A stretch of 46,357 bases of DNA. Origin: a bacterium (GTDB lineage: Bacteria; Patescibacteriota; Saccharimonadia; Saccharimonadales; Saccharimonadaceae). The notes beneath the pieces were generated by a model. The model did no database searches, was not told where the DNA came from, and saw only the letters and a list, made by a program, of their open reading frames with translations. Shown here one piece after another: positions 9,601 to 17,482 of the stretch; the stretch's first letter is position 1, and each line of letters starts with the position of its first letter. The DNA is taken from NCBI GenBank assembly GCA_030429935.1, contig JAUIGH010000001.1, forward strand, positions 1 through 46,357, read 5' to 3'. Position numbers and translations under genes: made by a program.

Positions 9601-10235
9601 GTTGATTTGCTGATGCGGTGCGCGAATACGTTGGCGACGTCACGCTCGACGGCATCGAGTACGGTTTCGTTAGCGTCGATGATCGCCCGCAATTCATCGC
9701 TGGTCAGACCGCTGCGCTTGAGTTCGGATATGGCGGTCAGACTGTCACGCAAATGCGTGTATTCATCGCCGTTCATGCCAGCCAGCGGATTGTTGTAGTC
9801 CAGCTCGGCAAATATCGACCGCAACAATTCGTACTGCGCTAGTTCGTCAGCTGGCTGGAACTGGGCGCCGCGGTAAAAATACTCACGGTTTTGATTGATA
9901 ATTTCGGTACCAAAACCGTGAAAGGTGTGAATGGCGACTTTGTATGCATCAGCACCGATGATGCCACGCAGACGTTCGCGCATGGCCACCGCGCCACTTT
10001 CGGTAAAGGTCAGACACAAGATACTCTGCGGCAGGGTGTCAGTCTCGCGCAGTATCCGCGCCGTTCGCATACTCAGCAGCTCCGTTTTGCCCGTCCCCGG
10101 CCCTGCTAGCACCAGCAGTGGGCCGTCGATTTGTTCGACGGCGCTCGCTTGGGCGTCATTCAGCTTACTCGCGCGGTTTTTGTAGGCCTCTTCCATCAGA
10201 TATATTGTAGCAGGTTGCACCAGATACGAACTCAT
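6642..10235 (-). CDS. UvrD/PcrA-family ATP-dependent helicase fused to a C-terminal PD-(D/E)XK nuclease domain
   Basis: Motif I LVLAGPGTGKTE, motif II MVDEFQDTS, motif VI YVAMTRAR. The C-terminal nuclease-like part is LDLVD...IRVTDYKTGKP...YRQQLMFYQLL. The start is uncertain (ATG 10235 or 10196; the ORF is open to 10295). Confidence 0.85.
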   Translation of the reverse strand: MSSYLVQPATIYLMEEAYKNRASKLNDAQASAVEQIDGPLLVLAGPGTGKTELLSMRTARILRETDTLPQSILCLTFTESGAVAMRERLRGIIGADAYKVAIHTFHGFGTEIINQNREYFYRGAQFQPADELAQYELLRSIFAELDYNNPLAGMNGDEYTHLRDSLTAISELKRSGLTSDELRAIIDANETVLDAVERDVANVFAHRISKSTAEQLAPIAQTVADIPQPSLPAGITPLANTLALSIAQAVDQATEADSTKPISAWKATWLEKDSEGAFVFKDRRRHTKLRALSHIYYEYMRRMEEAGLYDYDDMILQVIHALETQSDLRANIQEKYLYLMVDEFQDTSLAQLRLLYTLAPDADANIMAVGDDDQAIYSFQGADTSNVHSFRVRYDDPPVLVLTDNYRSGQPVLEHSRAVITQGTDRLEQTMDGLSKELTAHRSGESTVQLHEYSSALAERQAVAAAIRSRIDDGAEPESIAVFARRHHELVALLPYLAQQGIAVNYERRDDALSHDVIRLIEHLLLIIDALHRDAHDEADALLPEILAHPAFGYDPVNIYQLSLASYRNRQLWLELMQANPVFKPFADWLIIRSAAIHIESLEQQIDEVLGSSQAISATSRPPLSSDTRERQLLSSYSRSTGNVESSASDGSRAAESELYSDSLNHRALSAAPETTRAEAVVDSGREASRDGEDGRVELDDTNDAVDAPHSFTSPLYNYFFSSDKLATQPDLYLDALEALRTIRDRVREHAGHDEPTVQAFLEYLTMHRELGTPLTIIRHRSDQSAGRINLMTAHKSKGLEFDHVYIVGAIDSMWGERVRGRSRLISYPHNLPLAPVGDSYDERLRLFYVAMTRARASLDISYSLESADARATLAASFLTDLSLSPQTTDSTPSIEALTEQTALDWRSTLTRPMTSDMRQLLAPTLERYKLSATHLGNFLDVTRGGPQHFLLSNLLRFPQAKSASAQFGTAIHATLQRAHDTYRATGSKRPVEDILGDYERILGDQHLPEHEFDTYLARGIDSLSAFLADRYDSFDTSQQTELGFGGQDVVVGDARLTGALDLVDIDTTAKTIRVTDYKTGKPSRDWRGKTEYEKMKLHRYRQQLMFYQLLVENSRDYTNYQFDGGVLQFVEPTQSGDILALEQSFSSDELAEFRRLIAGVWECITTLNLPDVSGYEQNLRGIQQYEADIIDKYTCS
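8156..8380 (-). repeat. copy A of a ~230-nt GC-rich structured repeat, inserted in frame in the helicase gene
   Basis: It shares exact blocks with 36264-36502: tctcggctggcttc (8164-8177), gggctgcagatagcgctcga (8218-8238) and cgcgcgtgtctgagg (8348-8362). It encodes the low-complexity helicase segment TSRPPLSSDTRERQLLSS...REASRDGEDG. Confidence 0.8.
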
Positions 10236-10309
10236 AGGATAATAGCTGTATGGACGATGCATGGCTCGATGAAGTAGCGCTGGAGCGCGAGGCAAAGGCC
10301 GGCTTCGGG

Positions 10310-10738
10310 ATGAATATCGAGATCGATAAAGTCATCGCCCACGAGATCGATGTGTCGCGGGCCTCAAAAGCTTCGGTGTATCTGACCAAGAAAAAGCAGC
10401 TGCTTTGTTATATCCACGGTCAGAGCCGGTTGCAGCTATCAGATGTGCGCAAAATCGTCACTCGCATGGGCCTGCGTGCCGAACTGTACATGCCGCCCGT
10501 CGGCCAGCCGAATTATTTCGACGACATCGGCCGGGACAAATTCCGCGACGTCTTCCCTGGACGCTCTCACATATCTGATCACGACATCGCCTACTATCGG
10601 ACACTTGCGCCGTATAACCCTGCGCTGGTGCTGGTGGCCGAAGTCACCCATGGCGTCATCTACCAGTACGACAGCGACGCCAGCAGTGACTGGCGGCCGG
10701 CAGCCAAATTCGCCTATCGACGCATCAAAACTAGTTAA
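10310..10738 (+). CDS. hypothetical protein
   Basis: ORF divergent from the helicase. Start chosen at ATG 10310 (MNIEIDKVIAHEID...) because ATG 10250 sits only 15 nt from the preferred helicase start at 10235 and inside the longer open helicase frame (to 10295). No family recognised. Confidence 0.45.
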   Translation: MNIEIDKVIAHEIDVSRASKASVYLTKKKQLLCYIHGQSRLQLSDVRKIVTRMGLRAELYMPPVGQPNYFDDIGRDKFRDVFPGRSHISDHDIAYYRTLAPYNPALVLVAEVTHGVIYQYDSDASSDWRPAAKFAYRRIKTS

Positions 10739-10770
10739 ATTGACAATATGTAAATAAGTACGTAATAGTA

Positions 10771-10799
10771 TTGACATTTAGCTCATGCTATGATAATAT
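10771..10799 (+). promoter_or_regulatory. sigma70-type promoter
   Basis: TTGACA (10771-10776), 17-nt spacer, TAATAT (10794-10799), about 30 nt upstream of the AAGGAG RBS and ATG 10829. A second TTGACA-17nt-TAATAG lies at 10739-10767. Confidence 0.5.
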
Positions 10800-10828
10800 A
10801 CTAGTGTTTACTAAATCAAGGAGACGCT

Positions 10829-11005
10829 ATGTACGGAGAGGTTCAAGGAACAAGTATCGTTCCACCAGTCGTCGCGGGAGCAACCGTGACAGCCCTACCT
10901 ACTACCGGTGCCGGATTTATCACCAGCGCTGCTATCGCAGTTGCTGCTGGTCTAGTCGCCTGGGCGCTTGTCTATTTTTATCGACTAAAAGTAGCACAGC
11001 GATAA
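10829..11005 (+). CDS. 58-aa peptide with LPXTG-like motif, hydrophobic segment and basic tail
   Basis: AAGGAG RBS 7 nt upstream. Sequence: MYGEVQGTSIVPPVVAGATVTALPTTGAGFITSAAIAVAAGLVAWALVYFYRLKVAQR. Below the ORF-track cutoff. Confidence 0.5.
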   Translation: MYGEVQGTSIVPPVVAGATVTALPTTGAGFITSAAIAVAAGLVAWALVYFYRLKVAQR

Positions 11006-11034
11006 GGTAGCGCGCCAACTATCAATCAAAGTAA

Positions 11035-11056
11035 TTGCTCTAGTTCGCTAGAGCAA
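11035..11056 (+). terminator. hairpin between the mini-peptide gene and the deacetylase gene
   Basis: TTGCTCTAG-ttcg-CTAGAGCAA followed by gtgggttt. The U tract is weak. Confidence 0.3.
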
Positions 11057-11067
11057 GTGGGTTTACT

Positions 11068-11946
11068 ATGGCAAAAAATCGACGCAAATTAGGACTCGGC
11101 AGTATCGGACTGAATGTGTTTGCATTGGTCTTTACGCTGATGCCGATATTCACTATGAGCATGTGGACATACCAGATGTTTGTGAGTGATAGTGATACGC
11201 GCCAGGTCGCAGCGCTCACTCAGGTGAGCTATGATCACCAGCCGCGATTGTTTGACGAGCCGTTACTGTCGATTACCTTTGACGATGGCTGGGAATCTGT
11301 GTATTCCCAGGCAGCGCCGATCATGAGTCGCTACGATATCGTATCGACGCAGTATATCCTGCCAGGTACGTTTGATAACCCGCTGTATCTGTCGGCCGAG
11401 CAAGCTGTCTCACTCAAATACGCTGGTCACGAGATCAGTTCACACACCTATTCGCACGAGAAACTGACCGAGGCGTCGGATGCCACAGTTCGTCTACAGC
11501 TCGATCAGTCGCTGGAGATTATGCGGCGCTTTGACCTGCTTGATCAAGACCATCTGACCTTTGCCGCGCCAAATGGTGCGCTGGATGGATATTCCAGGCA
11601 GCAAGTCGAGCAGCGTTTTGCGCTGGCACGCAACGTCAAAGGTGACTTGGCTCACGACGTATCGGACAACGACATGAATGTGGCCGGTCAAACTGATCGG
11701 TACGATATTATCGGTTACACGGTCGGCCAGTATACGACGCTCGAGCAGCTGCGCCAAGCGCTTGACTACGCCGGCGAACATAACGCGTGGTTCATCCCGA
11801 TCTATCACCAGATTGATGATTCGGGTGAAGAATACAGCGTCTCGCCAGAGGTGTTCGAACAGCACATGAAATTATTCCGCGACAGCGGCATAACGATCGC
11901 CACTATGCGCGACGTCTACTTGAACAATCAGGAGGTGCTGCGATGA
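11068..11946 (+). CDS. polysaccharide deacetylase (NodB/CE4 homology domain), N-terminal membrane anchor
   Basis: ITFDDGWESVY and HEISSHTYSH motifs. Hydrophobic N-terminus. Confidence 0.8.
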   Translation: MAKNRRKLGLGSIGLNVFALVFTLMPIFTMSMWTYQMFVSDSDTRQVAALTQVSYDHQPRLFDEPLLSITFDDGWESVYSQAAPIMSRYDIVSTQYILPGTFDNPLYLSAEQAVSLKYAGHEISSHTYSHEKLTEASDATVRLQLDQSLEIMRRFDLLDQDHLTFAAPNGALDGYSRQQVEQRFALARNVKGDLAHDVSDNDMNVAGQTDRYDIIGYTVGQYTTLEQLRQALDYAGEHNAWFIPIYHQIDDSGEEYSVSPEVFEQHMKLFRDSGITIATMRDVYLNNQEVLR

Positions 11947-13166
11947 GTCGCCAGCTGCCGACGTTGACGCGCCGTGTCGTCGCGCCAGTCCGCCGGGCGC
12001 TTGAGCGAGCCGTGCCGCACAACACCGCGCTGCGCGAGCTGTCTGACATCACCTACACCCCCAGTGAGTACGCCGATCGTATCGTACGCAGTATCGAAAA
12101 CGGCTCAGCAGCCAAGCGGCCAATCGCCCTGATCATCTCCGCTTACAACGAAGAATTGGTGCTGGAGCACACGATTCGCTCGGCGATGGCGGCTGGCTTG
12201 TCGGCGCACGATATTTTCGTGGTTGACGACAAATCTGCCGATGACACGGCTGCTATCGCCCGCCGCGTTGTCGGCCCGCTCAATGTCCTGACGGTCAATC
12301 GCAGTGGCAAAGGCCTGGCCATCCACCAGATAAACGAAGCCCTACGTATCAGCCAGCGCTACGACTGGATCCATATCGCCGACGCCGATGGCGAGTTTGA
12401 TAGCCAGTATTTCAACGAATTGACCGCTCACCTCGACCCCGACTACGCCGCTGCGACCGGCTATGTTACTAGCTTGCCTGGCTCGTACATCAGCAAATAC
12501 CGTGGGTTTGAATACGCACTCGGCATGGATGTCACCCGCCGATTCCAGTCGATGGCCGACGTCATCACCATCGTGCCGGGACCGACATCGATTTTCCGCG
12601 CTGATGTGTTTGAGCAATTGGATTTCAACGCCAACGCCCTGTGCGAAGATTTCGACGTCACGTTGCAGATTCACCGCCAAGGCCTGGGCAAAATCCTATT
12701 CATCGAATCAGCCATCGCCCGCACCCAAGACCCTGGTACCATGCGTGACTATCTGCGCCAGATCACGCGCTGGAACCGCGGCGTCATGCAGATGTTTTTC
12801 AAACACCGCATCGGCAGCACTGCTAGCCGTGTTGACACCTATTTACTGTATCAACTGGCACAAAACTTGCTGTTTTTCTGTATGTACGCGATCTGGATTC
12901 CGGTGATCACGCTGATGACTGGTAGTATCGTCTACCTGGCGTTGGCGTTCTTGTCCGATGTTATCATCGTGCTCGGTTTTGTGCTGTTTGCGCAGATTCG
13001 TACTCGCCGTCGTGATATCTTGCCGGCCTTTCCAGTGGTATATTTGCTGCGCTGGGTTAGTTTAGCGGTGTTTATCAAATGTTTCGTCGAAGTATTTTTG
13101 CTCGGACGTCATCGCCTGGCAAATGGCGTCTGGGAAACCGTCCAGCGCCGCGTCAACCCTGCCTAA
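11943..13166 (+). CDS. family-2 glycosyltransferase of the processive (synthase) type
   Basis: ALIISAYNEE, VVDDKSADD, ADADG, CEDFDVT and QITRWNRG (QxxRW), plus C-terminal TM segments. The start overlaps the deacetylase stop (ATGA). Confidence 0.8.
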   Translation: MSRQLPTLTRRVVAPVRRALERAVPHNTALRELSDITYTPSEYADRIVRSIENGSAAKRPIALIISAYNEELVLEHTIRSAMAAGLSAHDIFVVDDKSADDTAAIARRVVGPLNVLTVNRSGKGLAIHQINEALRISQRYDWIHIADADGEFDSQYFNELTAHLDPDYAAATGYVTSLPGSYISKYRGFEYALGMDVTRRFQSMADVITIVPGPTSIFRADVFEQLDFNANALCEDFDVTLQIHRQGLGKILFIESAIARTQDPGTMRDYLRQITRWNRGVMQMFFKHRIGSTASRVDTYLLYQLAQNLLFFCMYAIWIPVITLMTGSIVYLALAFLSDVIIVLGFVLFAQIRTRRRDILPAFPVVYLLRWVSLAVFIKCFVEVFLLGRHRLANGVWETVQRRVNPA

Positions 13167-13250
13167 TCCGAGAGCCAGCGGTGGTCAACCGCCCCGGTTT
13201 CGTGGTATACTTGTCCAGCTGCCGCGTTGACCGCGGCACCGACATCGCAC

Positions 13251-13325
13251 TGGGGTGTCGCCAAGTGGTAAGGCACTGGATTTTGGTTCCAGCATTCGGG
13301 GGTTCGAATCCCTCCACCCCAGCCA
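13251..13325 (+). tRNA. tRNA-Gln (anticodon UUG), CCA encoded
   Basis: TGGGGTG-TC-GCCAAGTGGTAAGGC-A-CTGGA-TTTTGGT-TCCAG-CATTC-GGGGG-TTCGAAT-CCCTC-CACCCCA-G-CCA. Close to the canonical bacterial tRNA-Gln. Confidence 0.9.
13304..13320 (+). repeat. left copy of the 17-nt direct repeat (attL-like, inside tRNA-Gln)
   Basis: tcgaatccctccacccc, identical to 30149-30165. Confidence 0.8.
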
Positions 13326-13384
13326 AGATGTACACCAAAGGTGGCCCGAATGGGTCTAGGGTTTTGATATACATCCCGGTTCAG

Positions 13385-13413
13385 AAAAAGTGGCCAAGCA
13401 AGGCCACTTTTTG
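13385..13413. terminator. bidirectional rho-independent terminator
   Basis: AAAAA-GTGGCC-aagcaa-GGCCAC-TTTTT, between tRNA-Gln and the convergent GNAT gene. Confidence 0.6.
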
Positions 13414-13459
13414 GTTTGAAGCTCTTATGATTTGTACGAACAGGCAATCGGACGTATAG

Positions 13460-13979
13460 CTACAGGCTTATTTTAATATTTTTCCATACAAGGCCATTGT
13501 CGTCGATGTACGGCACGCCGTCCTCTTTGAAGCCTAGGGACTTGTTAAGGTTGATGACGGGCGTGTTATTGGCCAAGTGGCGAGAATAGATGGTTTTCAA
13601 CTCGAAGGTGTTCTTTATGTAATTAACAGCTGCTTGCATAGCAGACTTCCCGATACCCTTGCCGCGATAGTCAGGGTTACCGATCATGATATGAATACTT
13701 GGCGGCTGTACATGGTGATTCTCGAATAGCTCAATCCAGACAAGACCGATCGTCTTTTGATCGATAATAATCATGCGAGCCCTCTTGCTCTAGGCTGATA
13801 AACTCACGCATAATAGCCATTTCACCTTCAAGCGTGGATGGCTCAATTTCACTATTGGCGTTACCCATGCTTAAGAGTGTGGCGTGGCCTTCTGGCCTTT
13901 GAAACCAGCTTAGTGCAAAGAGCGCATCTCTATCTGGGTCGGGTGATAACAGTTGAATGCTCGAATCGTTAGATTGCAT
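13460..13979 (-). pseudogene. GNAT N-acetyltransferase split by one frameshift
   Basis: Two overlapping ORFs (13731-13979 and 13460-13774) join into one GNAT-like protein if 1 nt is removed near 13775-13785. The acetyl-CoA motif is IGNPDYRGKGIGKSAM. Confidence 0.55.
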
Positions 13980-13988
13980 AATGACTCC

Positions 13989-15200
13989 TCATTCATTTAG
14001 TGTAGAGTGTATGGCTTCTTCGAGTAGGTTAAGCCCCTCGATTAGCACCTCTTCACTAATAGTTAATGCTGGTATGAATTTAACAACCTCATCTTTTGCT
14101 CCTACTGTTTCAATGACGAGTTTTCTTCGAAACAAAGCTTTGTAATGGTTTTTGCCATCTCCGCTTCCGGAAAACGAGTCCACACGAGAGGCCGCGTCCT
14201 CGGACCGTCGTGAAGGTTTCGAGATAAAGATCTTTTATTCTCTCTAGTCTTTCGCGAACAATTTTCTCTTTTCATTTCACTTCCGCTGAAAGCTCGTCCG
14301 ACCGCCAGAACTTTTCAAGTGCCTTGAGGCCGGCGACAATGCAAGATTATTACCCCGAAATGTGCCGTTAGGCTGCCCTGGCTTCCATATATCTAACTCT
14401 GGTTTAAGGAGTACGAGCGCCATAGGTAGGCCAAAGCCGGAAATTGACTTTGATAAGACGACATCTGGGTGTGTTTCGGCAAACTCAAAGCTAAAGAAAT
14501 CTCCAGTTCGTCCGCACCCTGCCTGGACATCGTCGACAATAAGAAGAATGCCCCTCCTAGCTGTTAAGTCGCGAAGGCGCTTTATCCACTCGGCGCTAGC
14601 GACATTTACACCCCCTTCACCTTGAAAAAGTTCAACAATGACAACTGCTGGCAGATCGACGCCGCTACTTGGGTCATCAAGAACTTTTTCTAAATATGCA
14701 ATATTGTCTAATCCATCAAAGTAGTTGTCATAAGGGGGAAAGACGGTGTCACTTAAAGGGGTACTAGAGGCGTTCCGGAACCATGAGCTGGACGTTGCTG
14801 CGAGCGAGCCTGAAATGAGTGACTAAATGCAATGACATTATGTAGTCCTGTTGCAAGACGAGCGATTTCCAGGGCTGCTTCAACTGCATTAGTGCCAGTG
14901 GGGCCAGTAAATTGAAGTTTATAGTCAAGAACGCGAAGTGTGAGGATGGTTGTCGTAAACTCCTTGATGAACGTAGCCTTAACCCTAGTGGCCATATCAA
15001 GTCCATGGATAATGCCATTACTCTGGAGATACTCGATCAGTGCCCGGACCATCGTTGGTTCGTTGTGTCCGTAATTGAGTGCGCCAGCGCCACGAAGAAA
15101 TCGATATAGCGACGCCGCTCGTCATCCCATATATAGGATCCTTCTGCCTAAAAGAGCGAAACTGAGAAAGAGCGAACACATCTTATTACATTTGATTCGT
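13989..15200 (-). pseudogene. class-III aminotransferase (diaminobutyrate--2-oxoglutarate transaminase-like), multiply frameshifted
   Basis: Minus-strand fragments in different frames: IDFF/GAGALNYGHNEPTMVRALIEYL, LQFTGPTGTNAVEAALEIAR, LLIVDDVQAGCGRTGDFFSFEFAETHPDVVLSKSISGFGLPMA..GQPNGTFRGNN, VKFIPALTISEEVLIEGLNLLEEAI. At least four frameshifts and in-frame stops. Confidence 0.75.
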
Positions 15201-15276
15201 ACTGATCGATTACGTCTGACGCTGTATTCGTGCTGTAATTTTACCAGAAATCAGCTTGTACGGTTATAATGTAGGT

Positions 15277-16707
15277 ATGAACTACGATTATGTCATTGTT
15301 GGTGGCGGTGCAATTGGGCTGGCTATAGCTTATCGACTCAAGAAATCCCACGAAGAGCGATCAGTACTAGTGCTTAATAGTAATGAAACTGGCACGGCAA
15401 GTCTTGCTTCGGGTGCTATGCTTGGCTGTTTTGGTGAAGTTACAAAATACACACTGAAAAACGAAGCTGGCAAAAAGAAATTTGACCTGATGTACGCTGC
15501 TCATAAGCAATGGGCGTCATGGCGCGAGGAAGTCGAAGCTTCAGCGCAACAATCTATCAGGCATACGCCTGGAAGCTATGTAATTCTTAACACCCACGGC
15601 GGATCCCTTGACGATGAAAACTTTGATGCAATGGTGCAAGCTTTGGTTAACTACGAAGAGCCTTATGAGTATGTTGCGCCGAAGGATATCCCGGGCCTCC
15701 ATCCAAATAATCTAGCCCGTCCACTTCGTGCAATTTATCTTCCAAATGAAGGTTCAATTGAAAGTAATCAATATGTTGAAGTGTTGAGAGTTGCCTGCCG
15801 GAATATTGGCATTACTCTCACAGACATTCACTCTCTTGGGGCTATTGAGCGCCGTGGTAATGATTATGTCGTGACTATTGACGATGAAACAAATATAACA
15901 ACGTCATCGGTGATTATTGCTACGGGCGCTTATACGAGCAGTGTCTTAGCAAAGGTGACGCCTACTGTCGGTGCAATGCCGGTGCTTGCTGGTAATGGCG
16001 TAGCTGCAGTAACAAAGCGTCAACTTGGTGAAGGCTTCAAGGCGACAGTGCGTACCGCGAATCGCGCAGGCTCCTGTGGGCTTCACATCGTACCAATGAG
16101 TGATGGGTGTGAATATATCGGTGCTACTAACGTTCTCTACAGCGAGCCCGAGGCGCGTATGACCGTTGGTCTCTCCCACTTCTTGTCCCAGTGTGCAATC
16201 GAGCAGCTTGACCTCAATATATATCACTCCTTCGTACAAACATGGCGCACAGGTAATCGTCCTGTTTCTTTGGACACCTTGCCACTGATTGGAAAAATAG
16301 ACGATCTGGGACTGTATGTTGCAACAGGGACGTATCGCGATGGACTTCACTGCTCACCTGTTATTGCGGATGCGCTAGTGGCCGTGATCGATGAGAGGGA
16401 AGCTCCATTGATCGAAAGCTTTAACCCGCAGCGAACTTTTACAGAGTTGATGTCGAAAGAAGTTTCTATGGACGAGTATGCTATGCAGGCAGTGTCCGGT
16501 GCCTATGAGAACTGGTATCGACCCGCATACTACATGAATGATGATGAAGTCTATAAGAGCGCTCGTCAGAAAGCCGCTGATATATACGACCAACTTCAGA
16601 TAAATGTTGGCCTTCATCCAGATATTCTTCTGCTTCTCTCTTCCGACGACTCAGCTATCGAGCGAGTAAGAGAGTATCTTCTGATTAACGAGGTGCAGGC
16701 GACATGA
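15277..16707 (+). CDS. FAD-dependent oxidoreductase (DAO / glycine-oxidase-like family)
   Basis: N-terminal Rossmann motif DYVIVGGGAIGLAIAYRL. 476 aa from ATG 15277. Confidence 0.75.
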   Translation: MNYDYVIVGGGAIGLAIAYRLKKSHEERSVLVLNSNETGTASLASGAMLGCFGEVTKYTLKNEAGKKKFDLMYAAHKQWASWREEVEASAQQSIRHTPGSYVILNTHGGSLDDENFDAMVQALVNYEEPYEYVAPKDIPGLHPNNLARPLRAIYLPNEGSIESNQYVEVLRVACRNIGITLTDIHSLGAIERRGNDYVVTIDDETNITTSSVIIATGAYTSSVLAKVTPTVGAMPVLAGNGVAAVTKRQLGEGFKATVRTANRAGSCGLHIVPMSDGCEYIGATNVLYSEPEARMTVGLSHFLSQCAIEQLDLNIYHSFVQTWRTGNRPVSLDTLPLIGKIDDLGLYVATGTYRDGLHCSPVIADALVAVIDEREAPLIESFNPQRTFTELMSKEVSMDEYAMQAVSGAYENWYRPAYYMNDDEVYKSARQKAADIYDQLQINVGLHPDILLLLSSDDSAIERVREYLLINEVQAT

Positions 16708-16973
16708 CGTCGGGTCGAGACCTTATTGACGCCGAGGGTCGTGTGACTCGCTGGCCTAAAAAATCCACTGAGCGCGAGCAGGTGCTTGGCTACCTGGCTT
16801 CAAAGTTCCAAAGCGACCGCACATACACAGAAATTGAAGTAAATGATATTTTGCGCCAGTGGCATACATATGAAGATTGGTCGTCTCTAAGACGCGATCT
16901 TATCGGTTACGGCTACGCAACTCGGGATAGAAATGGGCTCAAGTATCAATTTAAAGGACAGGGAGACGAATAG
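16704..16973 (+). CDS. DUF2087-like small protein
   Basis: RVTRWPKKSTEREQVLGYLASKF..YTEIEVNDIL...LRRDLIGYGY matches my memory of the DUF2087 pattern. The start overlaps the upstream stop (ATGA). Confidence 0.6.
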   Translation: MTSGRDLIDAEGRVTRWPKKSTEREQVLGYLASKFQSDRTYTEIEVNDILRQWHTYEDWSSLRRDLIGYGYATRDRNGLKYQFKGQGDE

Positions 16974-17479
16974 TGGAACAGATTCGTGACTACAGGCCGG
17001 ATACGGATGAAGCTGAAGTCTCAACACTCTTGAAAGAGTTTCAAGAACATCTCGCCACTGTCGATCAAGAAGATGAAATCCGAAGCTTTGTTTCTGATGC
17101 GGACGCACGCCGCTACCTAGATAAGATGGTCAATGATAGTACGGAAATGAATGGTAAGTTTTTGGTGCTCGAGCTGGATGGAAAGCTCGTTGGTTTCATT
17201 CAGGGGATCATTGACCCACGCAATGACCAAAGTGATGTCATGTACCAAACTACACACAATGCACAGATTGAGGGTTGGATCGGACTTGTCTATGTACGCC
17301 CCGAATATCGTGGACGTCGGTTTGGTATCAAGCTGATTGAGGCGATTAAGCAGCACTTTATAGCCAATGGCTGTACTACGCTCCGCCTCTTGGTTGCTCG
17401 CGATAATACTAATACGGTCAACTTCTATCACAAATATGGATTTACTGACCGCGACGTAGAAATGGCTATGCCGTTATAG
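16973..17479 (+). CDS. GNAT family N-acetyltransferase
   Basis: VYVRPEYRGRRFGIKLIEAI...NFYHKYGF. The GTG start overlaps the upstream TAG by 1 nt. Confidence 0.8.
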   Translation: MEQIRDYRPDTDEAEVSTLLKEFQEHLATVDQEDEIRSFVSDADARRYLDKMVNDSTEMNGKFLVLELDGKLVGFIQGIIDPRNDQSDVMYQTTHNAQIEGWIGLVYVRPEYRGRRFGIKLIEAIKQHFIANGCTTLRLLVARDNTNTVNFYHKYGFTDRDVEMAMPL

Positions 17480-17482
17480 ATC

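Noticed and set aside
10196-10295. Helicase start at 10295 and the neighbour's start at 10250, giving a 46-nt divergent overlap
   Set aside because: The conserved helicase N-terminus begins near LNDAQASAV. The shorter starts (10235/10196 and 10310) remove the overlap, but no strong RBS distinguishes them, so the starts remain uncertain.
14270-14285. In-frame TGA within the aminotransferase homolog as evidence for a UGA-recoding genetic code
   Set aside because: Intact genes in both island and backbone end in TGA (for example 11944-11946 and 16705-16707). The same gene also has several frameshifts, so it is simply a pseudogene.
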